A stretch of 64,000 nt of DNA, from positions 101,682,001 through 101,746,000 of the forward strand of contig NC_086107.1 of the NCBI RefSeq assembly GCF_963921235.1, in the 5' to 3' direction. The stretch comes from Mobula hypostoma (lineage: Eukaryota). Below the pieces are notes generated by a model, which saw only the letters and a list, made by a program, of their open reading frames with translations, was not told the origin of the DNA and did no database searches. Position numbers and translations under genes: made by a program. Shown here piece after piece: positions 12,901 through 26,035 of the stretch (the stretch's first letter is position 1; every line of letters begins with the position of its first letter).

Positions 12901-15019
12901 CATTAAGATGCTGTCCGCCCAGTATTAAGATGCTGAGTTACTCATTCAATGAATACCTTAACAGTAACATAACTGGCAGCATCTCGTTATTTGAATCTTC
13001 ATTATGGACATACCAGACTTCTCAGAGAAGAAGGCAAAGAAATGCCTATCTGCAAATTGCTTATTCACACAGTATTTACAAATTTCATCCTGACAGATAA
13101 CCTATTGACTGTTCTCTTAGTCATTATCAAGCTGACAGGCATCATCAGTTTCCTGGCCATTGGGTCAGTCACATGACAGCATCAAATTTATACTTCATCT
13201 CTCAATCTCCTGCCAACACAACCTAAGTGAGATCACTAAAGCTCTCTACTGGCTGGCTTCCCATAATCACAACAGCATTGCCTGTACTCATGTCCATAAA
13301 ATGCTCTCATTAATAATCACTTTTTCAACAGAAAGGGTTTCTTCTCCCTTAGTAATGTACCGGTTGTCATTCATGAGAAGAATTTCTTGATGGGAATATC
13401 CATGAAGGATGTATGGTTCTGCACAACTTTCTGTCAGAATATGGACACAGACTACTTCTGTCACCTCTGCCTGAAATCATACAGTATATGTCACATGCAT
13501 CTGTAACAGCTGTCATGAAAATATTTTAATTGTGGTGCTTGTCTGAGCATTCCAAGTCAATATGGATGACTGGGCATACCCTCCAGCATGATCCCACACA
13601 AGATTCTCTGTTTTTCCTACCAGACCTAATGAATCCTGTGACATATCTACCTCAAATTTATTTACCTCATTTCTTATTGTGTCTTTCTAAGGTAGTGCTA
13701 CTGTTTCAAGTACAATGAAGTATTTTGCTCTTCATCCAATTTTCCTTCTTGTTCCTGCTGGTAAGGTAGGAGGAAAATAGTTTTCACTCATATCATGCAA
13801 AGGCAAACAGGAGGTAATTGAACTTGTAAGTATAGATGGCAGATTCCATATAGCTTCTACTCAAAGAGGTGCTTTGACCTCTCTGCCCATAAGGTAGAAA
13901 AGTCTTGTCAGGAGAGGCACAACACAAGAAGGCATTCCCACCTCCACACCCCACCCCTCCACCCCCGCCTAGTGGCCTCCATCTTATTCCTTACATTTGT
14001 TATCCTAAACAGATGGGATAAAAGGTAATGTAGCCAGTATACTCTCCTAACTTTGGAGCCTTGACCACTGTGTGTGGGAGATAGTGGGAGTTTGACATCA
14101 GTGGTGCAGTAAGGATGGTGTGAGAGACAATGCAATAGGCACAAAATGTGGATGAAATAATGATTTATATTAGTCTGTCCCTCTAGAATAAATAAGCGTG
14201 GATAAGAAATCAGTCTATTGTTTCATATTGAATTGAATCCTCTCCAGTTGAGAAAGGTTTCTTCTCCCTTGCAACCTTTTTGGCAACCACATATGATGTT
14301 ACAGTCTGGCTGCCATAGGGAATGCACTTTTCAGAGATGATGCCCTTTTGATTGTTTTGAAACAAAGGGAAGGTACTCATTTTTATTAGATCCTGTCAGA
14401 AATCACATAGGTCACATTTTAGTGTTTAATACTGTGATACAGCATTAGAGTAATTAGATTTAATCCAATTCCGCATTTTTAAAAATGTGACGTCTTAGCC
14501 CTAGCAAAACTTATGAAATCCAATTTCTAAGCCCATATCATCCATATAGTCTCTTAGTCTACTCTCACCTGATGCTGCACTATTTTCAATTCTAGTATTT
14601 TCTCATTTTCCCACATTGTTCTGTCCTTTATTCCTTTCTTTTTTAACTCTACTGTTGTATTCCCCCCTCAATTAAATTTAAACATGGCCAGCACTGTATT
14701 GAACCTTCCCAGCATGACATCAATCCAGTTCTGAGGTATAAACTGCCCATCTTCAACATGTCCTGCTTGCCCAGAGCCTCTTTAGAATGAAGGCCAACAT
14801 AACTTTTATTTTAGCTTCATTTATGAATCAGAGAATTAGATAGGGTATAAGCATTAATGAAGACATCAAAAACTCCATAAACACTTACACTTGAAAGCTG
14901 TTCTCCATTTATAGTTTTGTTCTAGTTACGAAGCAGACAGTTTCATAATTTATTCTTGTTCAAGCACCTTCTTAGGTACCCTTTATTCTTCAACAAAATC
15001 TTTGCTTCTTATTTTTTAT

Positions 15020-15260
15020 TTAAAGATACAGCTTGGTAACAGGCCCTTTTGGCCTAACAAGTCCATACTGTTCAATTACACCCATGTGACCAATTGACTT
15101 ATTAACCCATATGTCTTTGGAATGTGAGAAGGAACTAGAGCACCCGGAAGAAATTCACCCGATTACAGGGAGAACATATAAGCTCTGTACAGACAGTGGC
15201 AGAACTGAAACTGGATGTTGTAATAACATTATACTAACTGCTACATTGACATGCCACCCA
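15020..15260 (-). mobile_element. Decayed tRNA-derived V-SINE-like element
   Basis: Similar to 39190-39470 (gggagaacatataagctc, gagcacccggaagaaa). Confidence 0.65.
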
Positions 15261-16142
15261 ATGATCTTAATCAGAGTGCTCGACTGGGACTTGAACCTGG
15301 AACCCTCACATGTTTGCCATGAAGATTCAAATCTAGTGTGAGAATCATACCACCAGACTAACATATCCATTTCTTTTAAATGTTTTCTAGACTTCAGTTA
15401 TTTTCAGTGTCAGCTGTTGTCTAGCAGTCTACTAGAGATGAGCACAAGGCAGAAAAGTAGTTTATGTCCTTCAAACAGGTTTAGTCTCAGTTCCATGAAC
15501 TGATAATCAAAGTTTCTGAACAAATTTCTAAAATTCCTGTTTTGTTTTGCAATCTACTTGCATAGGGAGGCCCACCCGAGATATGACTTAAGGGTCACAA
15601 AAGTAATTTGTTTTTGATTGGTCTCTTGATCAAACTGAAGAGCCTTTGCATCATCAACAGTCCTGGATATATTCAGTTTAGATATTAATGTAGATTATAA
15701 ACAATGATCATGTAAGAACTGAATCTTACATTGTTCTCCAAATTTAGTATGCCAATCTTGAAAATGAATCTCAGGGTTGTATATGACAACATACAGGTAT
15801 GTGTACTTTGATAATAAATTTACTTTGAATTTTGAAATGATTCATTTATTACATTTCCTTGCTTACTGGTCCTAATAATGTTCGCAATCCCAAGAGCCCC
15901 CATCTTGAGTACCGATTGTTCATTTTGCATCTGTTAACTATAAAACTTAAATATATTGCATCTCTGGCATTCAGATCCTCAAAAATTCTATTACTGTAGG
16001 TGTTAAACAAGATTTCCCTTTCAGAAAATCATGCTTACTCTACCTGAACGTTATAAGTTCTTTAATGGATTTCACAACTTTCCATGACAACAGATGGCAG
16101 GCTAGGCCACAAATCAAAGAACAGTTTACAATTTCCAAGCAA

Positions 16143-19100
16143 CAAAGTTCAAAGTACATATATGTCAGCATATATAATCCTGGGATTCATTTTCTTGTGG
16201 GCATACTCAATAAATCCACAATAGAATAATAACCATAATAGAATCAATGAAAGATCACACCAACTTGGGCATTCAACCAGTGTGCAAAAGACACAAACAG
16301 TACAAATACAAAAGAAATAGATAATAATAATAATAAATAAGGAATAAATATCAAGAACATGAGATGATAAGTCCTTGAAAGTGAATCCATAGGTTGTGGG
16401 AACATTTCAATGATGAAGCAACTGGAGTTGAGTGAAGTTATCCCCTTTGGTTCTAGAGCTTGATAGCTGAGGGGTAATAACTCTTTCTGAACCTGGTGGT
16501 GTGAGTCCTGAGGCTCCTGTACTTTCTTCCTGACGGCAGCAGTGAGAAGAGAGCATGCCCTGCATGGTGAGGGTCCCTGATGATGGATACTGCTTTCCTA
16601 CAACAATGTTTAATGTAGATGTGCTCAATGGTGGGAAGGGTTTTACTGTGATGGACTGGGCTGTATTCACTACTTTTTGTAGGATTTTCCATTCAAGGGC
16701 ATTGGTGTTTCCATACCAGACTGTGATGCAACCAGTCAATATACTCTCCACTACACATCTATAGAGGTTTGTCAAAGTTTTAGATGTCATGCCGAATCTT
16801 CACATACTCCTAAGGAATTAGAGCTGCTCCTGTGATTTCTTTGTAAATGCTCTTACATGCTGGGCCAAGGATAGGTCCACTGAAATGATAACACCAAGGA
16901 ATTTAAAGTTGCTGATCCTCTCCTTCTCTGACCCTTTGATGAGGACTGGCTCATGGACCTTTGTTTTCCTCTTTCTGAAGACAATAAATGCTGATTCATA
17001 ACCATCTTTGATTTGGTCTAGAACAGTGGTCAGCAAACTTGAATATGGCATTGGAGCTGTGCCATAACACTTGATGAAGCTCAAAAACACTTAATTATTG
17101 TGGATGTACAGTGCCTATAAAAAGTATTCACCCACCCCCCATAAGTTTTCATGTTTTATTGTTTTACAACATTGAATCACAGTAGATGTAATTTGTATTT
17201 TTTTGACACTGATCAACAGTAAAGATTCTTTTGTGTCAAAGTGAAAACAAATTTCTAAAAATTGGTCTATATTTATTACAATTATTAAACACAAAATAAT
17301 TGATTGCATAATTACTCATCCTATTTAAGTTAGTATTGAGCAGATGCACTTTTGACAGCAATTACAGCTTTGAGTCTGTGTGGATAGGTCTCTAACAGCT
17401 TTGCACACTACAGTTTTCCCCATTCTTCTTTACAAAGCTACTCAAGCTCAGCACGGGGATCATGACTAAACAGCCCATTTCAAGTCTAGCCACAAATTCT
17501 CAGTTGGATTGAGGCCTGGACTGTGACTTGGCCACCCGAGGACATTAACCCTGTTGTTTTTAAGCCATTCCTGTGTATCTTTGGCTTTATGCTTTGGGTC
17601 ATTGTCTTGCTAGGAAACAAATCTTCTCCCAAGTCGCAGTTCTCTTGGAGACTGCATCAGATTTTCCTCCAGGATTTCCCTGTATTTTGCAGCATTTTTT
17701 TTTACCCTTTACCTTCACAAGCCTTCTGGGGCTTGCTGAAATGAAGCATCCCCTGAGCGTGATGCAACCACCACCATGCTTCGCGGTAAGGATGGTGTGT
17801 TTTTGATGACGTGTGGTATTTGGCTTACGTTAAACATAGCTTTTTATCTGTTGGCGAGAAAGCTCAATTTTGGTTTCATCAGATCATAGAAACTTCTTCC
17901 AGCTGACTTCAGTCTCCCACATGCCTTCTGGCAAACTCTAGCTGAGATTTCATGTGATTTTTTTTTACAACAGTGGCTTTCTCTTTGCCATTCTCCCATA
18001 AAGCTGTGACTGGTGAAGCACCCGGGCAACAGTTGTATGCGCTCTCTCTCACATCTCAGCCACTGAAGCTTACAACTTCTCCAGGGTCGTCATAGGTCTC
18101 CCTCACTAGCCTCCTTCTTGTACGATCACTCAGTTTTTGAGGACATCCTGTTCTGGGTAGATTTACAGCTGTGCCATATACTTTCCATTTCTCGATGACT
18201 GACTTTACTGAACTCCAAGGGATATTCAATCATTTGGAAATTCTCTGGTATCCATATCCTGACTTGTGCTTTTCAATACCTTTTCGACAGTTACTTGGAA
18301 TATTCATCTTCATGGTGTAGCTTTTGCCAGGATACTGACTCACCAGCACTGGACTTTCCAGATACAGGTGTATTTTAATACAATCAATTGAACCACTTTG
18401 ACTGCACACAGTGATGATTTGGTGTGTCATATTAAAGGGGGTGAATACTTATAGAATCAATTATTTTTTGTAATTAATTTAGATCACTTTGTAGAGATCT
18501 GTTTTCACTTTGACATGAAAGAGTCTTTTTCTGTTGACCAGTGTCAAAAGAAGCCAAATTAAACCCACTGAGATACAATGTTGTAAAACAACAAAACATG
18601 AAAGCTTCCAAGAGGGGAGGAGAATACTTTTTATAGGCACTGTAAATACTACTGAATGATAGTCATTGAGGTAGGTGTCCATGTTCTTCTTAGGCTTGAA
18701 GCAGTTGCGTATGTCAGACTGTCAAAGTGAGAGGTTAGTGATCTCAGTGAACACTCCAGCCAGTTGATCAGCACAGGTTTTTAGTACTTAGCCAGGTACC
18801 CCATCTGAGGCAGACGCTTTTTGTGGGGGTTCACCCTTATGAAGGCTGCTTGCACGTTGGCCTCACAGACTGAAATCACAGTATTGTCACAAACTGTGGA
18901 TGTTTGTGATGGGTTCCTCCATGCTTTAATGGTTAAAACAAGCATTGAGCTCACCTGGAAGCAAAACCCTGTTATCTCCTATGTCACTTGATTTAACGTT
19001 AAAGTAGTTTATTAGTATTCAAGCCCTGCTACAACTGTTGAGCATCGTTCGCTGATTAGGTTTAGTCCAGAATTACCACTTCGCCTGTGAGATGGCTTTC

Positions 19101-19260
19101 TGGATATCGTACCTGGACCTCTTATAACTTTCTCGGTCACAGACTTGAATGCCTCTGATCTGGCCCTCAGCAGATTGTAGGTCTCATGGTTTATCCATAG
19201 CTTCTGGTTGGGGAAGGCTCTGAATAATTTTGTGGGGACACACTAAACAACTGTTTTAAT
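16143..19260 (-). mobile_element. Rex1/Babar-type LINE, interrupted by a Tc1 element
   Basis: Motifs CVVESILTGCITVWYGN and RKYRSLRTHTTRF. The RT resumes after 18644 (YLNDYH). Confidence 0.8.
17109..18642 (-). mobile_element. Tc1/mariner DNA transposon with about 200-bp imperfect TIRs and a decayed transposase
   Basis: Ends are TA|CAGTGCCTATAAAAAGTATTC and GAATACTTTTTATAGGCACTG|TA, giving a TA TSD. Minus-strand transposase remnants are present. Confidence 0.9.
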
Positions 19261-19269
19261 AAAGCATTA

Positions 19270-19425
19270 ATAAACAATGCTAGAGGAGCTCAGCAGGTCA
19301 GACAGCATCAATGGAAGGAAATGAACAGTCAACATCTTAGGCTGAGACCTTTCATCAGGACCACACACAGCATTTTGCACGTGTTGCTCAAGATATCCAG
19401 CATTTGCAGAATCTCTTGTGTCTCC
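19270..19425. mobile_element. Decayed Penelope-derived repeat with inverted arms and a mutated hammerhead (minus strand, 19327-19361)
   Basis: The reverse complement reads gtc-CTGATGA-aaggtctcagcct-AAGA-tgtt-gact. Confidence 0.6.
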
Positions 19426-20041
19426 GGCTTACAATTCATGGTATGTTCTCTGCTTTCTTCTGACTAGCAATGTTACATTTTCAACATTACAATCTGCTAC
19501 TAGTGTTTCATAATAGTGAAATTTAAATTAAATCAGTATTTCATCCACCATCTTTGTAGTTATTTCTATTAGAACCTTGGTTTCCAGGCTATTAAGTAGA
19601 GTATTTGTTAGCCTTAAGTTCAATTTTGTTTGTGTACTTATTATTTTAGGTTTTTCATACTTTAATCCAATGATTCATTGCTATTAATAGCAGGAATTTC
19701 ACAAGACAACCTCATGACAGTTTTTGGTATAAATTTTGGTTTGTCACAGCAGCTAGCTAAAATGATAACTGGCTTGATGGGAAAACCAGTAGGATGAGGC
19801 ACTAACCAACAAACAGTATGAATCCTCTCCAGAAACTGGGAATGATCATGGAGTTAAGAGTAGATTTTGGGATCAGCAAACTGCAGAGCAAGCAGTTTGA
19901 GTAATTGATCCAAACATAGACTGGTGAGCAGGATCAGCAGATGTCAGATACAAGTACAAGACTTTTGTAGCCAGCTAATTAAAATAGTTTGCAATACATT
20001 ATGAGTACAATATTAATATAAAAGTAAAATATCTCACATAC

Positions 20042-20162
20042 CTCTTTACCTCTAACGATGTCACCTTTAAAAGGAACAGAAAGATCTGTACAGTGCATTA
20101 ACAATGCTTTGATAAGACTTTGGAGTTCCTGATACTGAATGGGTACAGCCAGATGATCCTTC
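20042..20162 (-). CDS. MEI1: MEI1 coding exon: (R)KDHLAVPIQYQELQSLIKALLMHCTDLSVPFKGDIVRGKE; 3' boundary is 20042 or 20050
   Basis: Acceptor ttttttaaatag. Matches recalled MEI1 [26 protein letters not shown]. There are two possible donors, GAG|gtatgt and GAG|gtaaag. Confidence 0.88.
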
Positions 20163-21949
20163 CTATTTAAAAAAAACATCAGAGATTCTACAATGCACAT
20201 TTGTTATTTATTCCACCATTTTATTCTACGCAGATTCACAGTGCATTAATATTATGATTAAATCAATAAAACTGTTAATAAGCATCAAACCTCTGATAAC
20301 TCAATTCTAATCTTTAATATTAAAACTCTGAAATAGCTCAGCAACTCCTACTATCTATTATCCTAAATGCCTTGCTTCCAATATTTAATTAGAGAAATAG
20401 GAATCACAATATTTAACATATTTTCTGATTATCTACTAACAAGTCTGGATTTCCCAAAGTAACTATGACATTAATGATGTCCAATATTCAGTTCAGAATC
20501 CTTCAAAAAAGTTCAATTGTCCTTTGCAGCGCATTCATTGGGTTTGCTCTGATATGTTTTTCTAGGCATGGTTGCAGAATAGCAATAAACTACAGCTGCA
20601 AAAAAAAGCAGAATTTTAAATTTGAGACTGATCCAGTTTGGAATATTTTTGATCCAAGTGTTCCTCCCACCTTCACAAAACGTGCAGCAGCTACTGCTGT
20701 AGTAGTATTCTACTCATACTAAGATAAATATAATTGCTGGTGGAAGGTCATCAACCCAGTGAAATTCACACTTTAACCTGTCCAAAACTTGCTGCTCTTA
20801 CAGCTCAGCAAAGTGTCTACAAGTCAATGCTGCTAACGGGCACATTCCAGGTTAGTGTAGTCTGCCAGCAGAAAGGCTTTGAAAGGAAGGAATGCAATCT
20901 AAGATCCAGCTGTGCCTGTACACTGAAGGGCTGTGTACTGTGGTAATAGCTTCTCAACCACTTGTTGTGTATCTGCTGAACCAAAAAATGTGAGTGGCAT
21001 TGTGGCATCGAGACATTGTAAACAGAATGTACTGGTTTGATGGCACGATGAATGTATTAATTTGATGACACAATAAATGTAAAGAAAAACACATACTGAT
21101 TATATTTTATTTATGTCATATAATTGTATGGATAAAGATTATTTTGGAATTTTAAAAAATATTATTCTTCCCTTCCAAGATTGACCATGCTAATGAAGGA
21201 ATACTGTTGAAAAAAAGACACAAGCAGATTGCTTATATAATAAACATGGTGCTAGGCAAAATTTCATGCCAGCTTTGGCTTTCTCATTAGAAGTGCAAGT
21301 TCTGTGCAACTCCTAATCAGAGAGAAAAGGTATTTTTTACATTTCAGAGTATTTATAAATAGATCTATGGTAGCAAAAGGTAATTTGGATGGGCAACTGA
21401 GCTTATAAGGAAATTGCAAACATATGAGTATTTGTATCTGCACAGTATAACCAATTTAAGAAAACCTAAGATTAAAAACTTGCGGAGAGTGATTTTCTGG
21501 GTTGAATTGAAGAAATAGCAAAATAGAAAATGAACAGGACCTTGGTAGATAAATTCCTCTTTAATGATGTAAAATAATGCGAAGCACAGGACCAAAATTG
21601 GTGCTCAAAAAACTGTGGACATTAAGATAATCCAAAGCCTGGTTCAAGAGATTCATTTTATAGTCATCTTAAATAGGTCAATAGTAAGAATTCCAGACTT
21701 AAAGGGCAAGACAGTTAAATCTATAGTGGCCCACCCACAAGGATTCTACATCTTTCAATCCTATGTCACCTCTTTCTAAGGATTTGATTTCATTTTTTTT
21801 TACCATCTGAGCCACACCACCCCCTCTGCTTACCTGCCTGTCCTTTCAATACAATGTGTACCCTTGGACTTTTAAGCTCCCAACTATAATCTTCTTTCAG
21901 CCATTACTCAGTGATGCCCAAACAGCATACCTGCCAATCTGTAACTGCT

Positions 21950-22545
21950 AGAAAATCATGGATAAAGCAGAGGCTTATTGGCAGGAGGCAAAGAGTGGGA
22001 ATAAAGAGAGCATTTTCTGGCTGGCTGCCAGTGACTAGTGGTGTTCCACAGGGGTTTGTGTTGAGACCAATTCATTCTTCATTATTTGTCAATGACTTGG
22101 ATGACGGAATTGATGGCTTTGTTGAAAAGTTTTAAGACGATATGAAGACGGGTGGAGGGGCAGGTAGCTTTGAGGAAGTAGAGGCTACAAAAGAACTTAG
22201 ACAGATTAGGAGAATGGGCAAAGAAATGGCAGATGGAATACAGTCTCAGGAAATATATGGACATGCACTTCAGTAAAAGAAATGAAAGGGTTGACTATTT
22301 TCTAAATGGAGAGAAAATACAAAAACTGAGGTGCAAAGGAACTTGGGAATCCTTGTGTAGGATTCCCTAAAGTTTAATTTGCAGGTTGAGTCTGTGGTGA
22401 GGAAAGGAAATGCAATGTTAGTATTCATTTCAAGCTGACTAGAATATAAAAGCAAGGATATAATGTTGAAGCTTTATAAAGCACTGGTGAGGCTTCACTT
22501 GAAGTATTGTGAGCAAGTCTGGCCCCTTATCTTTGAAAGGATGTG
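21950..22545 (+). mobile_element. CR1 RT fragment, preceded by a small minus-strand CR1 piece at about 21780-21948
   Basis: Motif [11 protein letters not shown]...NDLDDGIDG. Confidence 0.8.
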
Positions 22546-23019
22546 ACTCAAACTACAGTAATACAGTGTTCATCTGTATTAATATGAACAATCTGCAATA
22601 AACAAAGCACATCTTGAAATTAGATAACTGCAAATGTGGAACTAATTTTTTTAACAGGTAGTGGATGCTGAACCTATTGAGATTTTTAAATCAGAGATTA
22701 ATTTTTTTTAGACAATGAGTCAGAATAGAAGTGATGAATGGAGATGAGGTATAGGTCAACATAATAAAACTCGAGGATCAATACACAACTCCTGTTCTTC
22801 TGAAAAAGGAAACCTACAGATGCCATTAATATTCTTTTGCTTGAAATAAACCTCTCTCTACATTTGCAATGGCCATAGGATTGACTTCGACGGGACAAAG
22901 CTTCTGTGCCACATCAATGGCTTTTGTGACTGTTTGATTAAAATAAAGCCATTGAAAGAAAACAAATTTTAACAAAGGTCCCGCTCCAAATACAGTAAGG
23001 ACTGGAATTCTATCATAAA

Positions 23020-23225
23020 CAAGGTGGGAGAGCAAAAACCTGATTGGTTGAGAACTAACCAATCAGGAGGGACGGAATATGGGGACATGCCCAAGCATCA
23101 TCGCTGAAGAAGCTGGCAGAGTTTGTCATTGAAATGTCAATTATAATTGATGCCTGTACCTGGCTGGAAGCCTGAGAAGAGTTTATTTGTCAAATAGATC
23201 GGGAAAGTACTAGATCCATTTTCAA
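23020..23225 (+). mobile_element. Penelope-like terminal fragment of a second family, with a degenerate hammerhead
   Basis: CTGAAGA at 23104-23110, a hairpin tggcaga/tttgtca, and GAAATGTC at 23131-23138. Confidence 0.55.
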
Positions 23226-23274
23226 ACCTCTCTCTACTAGATAATCAATTATAAAAGAAGCTGCTTCTACTTAC

Positions 23275-23409
23275 CGAAGGAAGGCTGCCACAGCATTGGC
23301 AGCTTCAGTCACAACTTCAAGACTGGAGTTTGTTACTGCTTCTTGTAAAACAACAACTGCTTCACTCCAAATGGCAAAATTCATAAACAACTTTAATCCT
23401 GAAGGTTGT
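23275..23409 (-). CDS. MEI1: MEI1 coding exon (135 nt): (R)QPSGLKLFMNFAIWSEAVVVLQEAVTNSSLEVVTEAANAVAAFL(R)
   Basis: Acceptor attttacag, donor CG|gtaagt. Matches recalled MEI1 RQPEEIKLF...[25 protein letters not shown]. Confidence 0.93.
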
Positions 23410-25117
23410 CTGTAAAATATACATTTATTCAATTTTATTTATATTTTGAATACACTGAACAGCTGTCAAAGTGAGGATCATTCACATCTATATGTAGAAA
23501 CATTTGATGCTAAATAGGCACAAAGCATTTCTTTAGCTGTCTGAGTTGCACAGTGTTTCTCTATACCTGGTTCACTTTTTCGAATTGTAAGTTTGTCACT
23601 AATTAAAATTCTTAGCTGGTGTCAAGGGGAAAAAACTCAAGTACATAGAACCTCTTGAGAATTCAAAGGCTATAAAAGAGTAGCACAGGATTTTCAAAAA
23701 ACAATTCAAAGTTAACCATTATGAAATGATCATTTTCATGATACCAAAATGGAATTTCTTACATTTGGGGTAATGTAAACCAGAATAGGGAGAAACGAAG
23801 GCAGTCTACAATGGGTTCAGTGCTGTTCATGGTGTGGTTTATAATTAAAGAAAGAACTCATGATTGACTTGGCTCTGTGATTAATAGTGAAGAGATATGT
23901 GGAATACACTTGGAGAGAGAAAAACATGATAAAGGAATAGAAAATAAATGGTAGAATAAAGGTTTTAAAAAAAAGAGACCTTGGAATACATGTCCATGGA
24001 TCCACATAGGTAGCAAGAAAGGAGTATAAATAAATCAGAAAAGGGCATTCAATACACCTTTCTTATATACCATAAACACAAATCCCTGGTTTACTTTACC
24101 ATCTCTAACAACATTCCTTTTTGCATGGCATTTTTCCATGCAAAGGCATGGGATGCAACAGCTGCCCTTTCAGTCCTTGCCTTCCCATTAACCAGCAACT
24201 TAAATGAACCTTCTAGGTGAAGCAGTGATTCACTGGTACTTCTTCCAATTAAAAAACTACATTTAGTGCTCATAATGTGGTCTTCCCGTAACATATGGTT
24301 GCCATAATATATACTATGCAATCCAACACTTCCTTTTCATTGAAATCAAAAAGCACGAAGCCACAAATTATAGACCTAGATATAAAATAGAAGATGTCAG
24401 TGATACTCATCAGACTAGGTGATATCTGTGGAAACAGAATCAGAGTTAACATTGCAGAACTCCACAGAAATTGCCCGATCTGCTGAATATCTCCACAGCC
24501 TGTTTTTATCTCTCTTGCACTGATGGATTTTCCATTGTTTTGATGCAGTTCTTGAGATTCTTCTCAGTGGGGAAACTCCGAGTATTTTCCACTAGGTCTT
24601 CCTTCTCAGGTTTTTAGCTTGCAAGATATTTTTATTGCAACTTCAGCACTCAGTGGTGTAAGAACATACAAGGAAGGCATCATTGTCAAATATTCTTAAC
24701 TTTGTCTTTGTTTCAACCTGCATTAACTTCTGATGCTGTTCAGCATGGCAACAGTGAGGACAGGCACAGCTAATACTATATCTAAGTTGTGCATCTCTGT
24801 ACTGAATGTTACTATACTATTTTCTTATAGATGAATTCCTATTAATAGTAATGAGAGTGTTGTTCATTTGTGATTTTTTTTATCAAGTTGTCTTTGCTGG
24901 GCCTCAATTTCAGTCTAAGATTTGGGTCTTCTCAACCACTCCATCTGCCTCTTTTGCATGACTTGAGAGCAAGTCAATTTATTAACATTGTCTATATCCT
25001 CTACATGGTTCCTTCTATTGCCTGTTTTGTTATCTTTCATAAATTAGATTGTAGAAAAGATGCAGTGTCAGGTCAGGGCCTCACTGAAGCCCTGTAACGT
25101 AGCTGTCTCATCGCTTT

Positions 25118-25933
25118 TGTCATGTGTGACGCCAAGCAGAGCTGCAAGACGGATGATGCTAATGAGAGAGATAACAGAAGACAATGGTGAAACATTCAAA
25201 ATGCTAATAAGACAGAAGAGAGAGAGAGTAACGAGAAAGAAACAGAATTCCAATGTTGGCGTCTGCGACAGGCCGTTTGCTTTGAACCTGAACTGTTTGA
25301 AGTTTGATGGACAGGTGATACCCCAGCAGGGGGATAAAAATAGCAGGTTTGCTAAGGCACAGGACACACACGCCACGAGACCCTGGAAAGAACAGTGCGC
25401 CCCACAAGGTGGTGGGAGTCTGGAGGACCAGTTCGCAGGAATCAGTCAGAGGTTCACAGGGTGTAAAGGTACGATCGGTGGGAACCTGGTGTGTGTCCGC
25501 CCTTGTCTGGGTGCCGGGTTCACCACGAAAGAGCGATCGCATCCGGAACGGAGGGGTCACAGTCGGTGACCACAGCTGGATCAGAAGGCATCAAAAAGGT
25601 TTGCCTGAAACCAACTGCATCTCTCTCTCTCTCTCTCTCCAACGGTACAACAGCAGTGATTACTTCGAACTGCACTAGACTGAACTGACTCTGCTTCACT
25701 TAAGACTGATCATTTTACCCCTAGACTGCAATAGAGCTTGGTTGATTCCTATTACCCTATTTCTGTGTATATGTGTATACTATCATTGCTGACCTGTTAC
25801 ATTTATATCCTTGCGATTAGTGTACTGTATAACTTACTTCTTTGATAAAACTTTATTAGTTCCTAGTAATCACAGACTCCAACACGTGTTCCATTTCTGC
25901 TGGTTTGGCAACCCAGTTACGTGGTACGTAACA
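25118..25933 (+). repeat. 5' LTR (816 bp)
   Basis: Runs TGTCATG...CGTAACA and is a direct repeat of 30652-31456. Confidence 0.95.
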
Positions 25934-25937
25934 TAAG

Positions 25938-25956
25938 TGGGGATCTCGTCCGGGAT
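25938..25956 (+). promoter_or_regulatory. Primer binding site, tRNA-Pro-like
   Basis: TGGGGATCTCGTCCGGGAT compared with the canonical PBS-Pro TGGGGGCTCGTCCGGGAT; it lies just after the 5' LTR. Confidence 0.85.
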
Positions 25957-26035
25957 TTTGAACGCCAAAATTGGGACTGGGTAAATTGATTGGGTTAAAA
26001 TTCCCAAAAGAAAAAGAAAAGGGCAAACAGCAGAA

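Noticed and set aside
1..20041. Search for further downstream MEI1 exons
   Set aside because: By eye, no segment matched the expected next peptides with splice sites. A diverged exon could have been missed.
25060..25678. ORFs of 169, 118 and 109 aa
   Set aside because: They lie within the 5' LTR, show no recognisable domain, and their frames are disrupted by indels in the 3' LTR.
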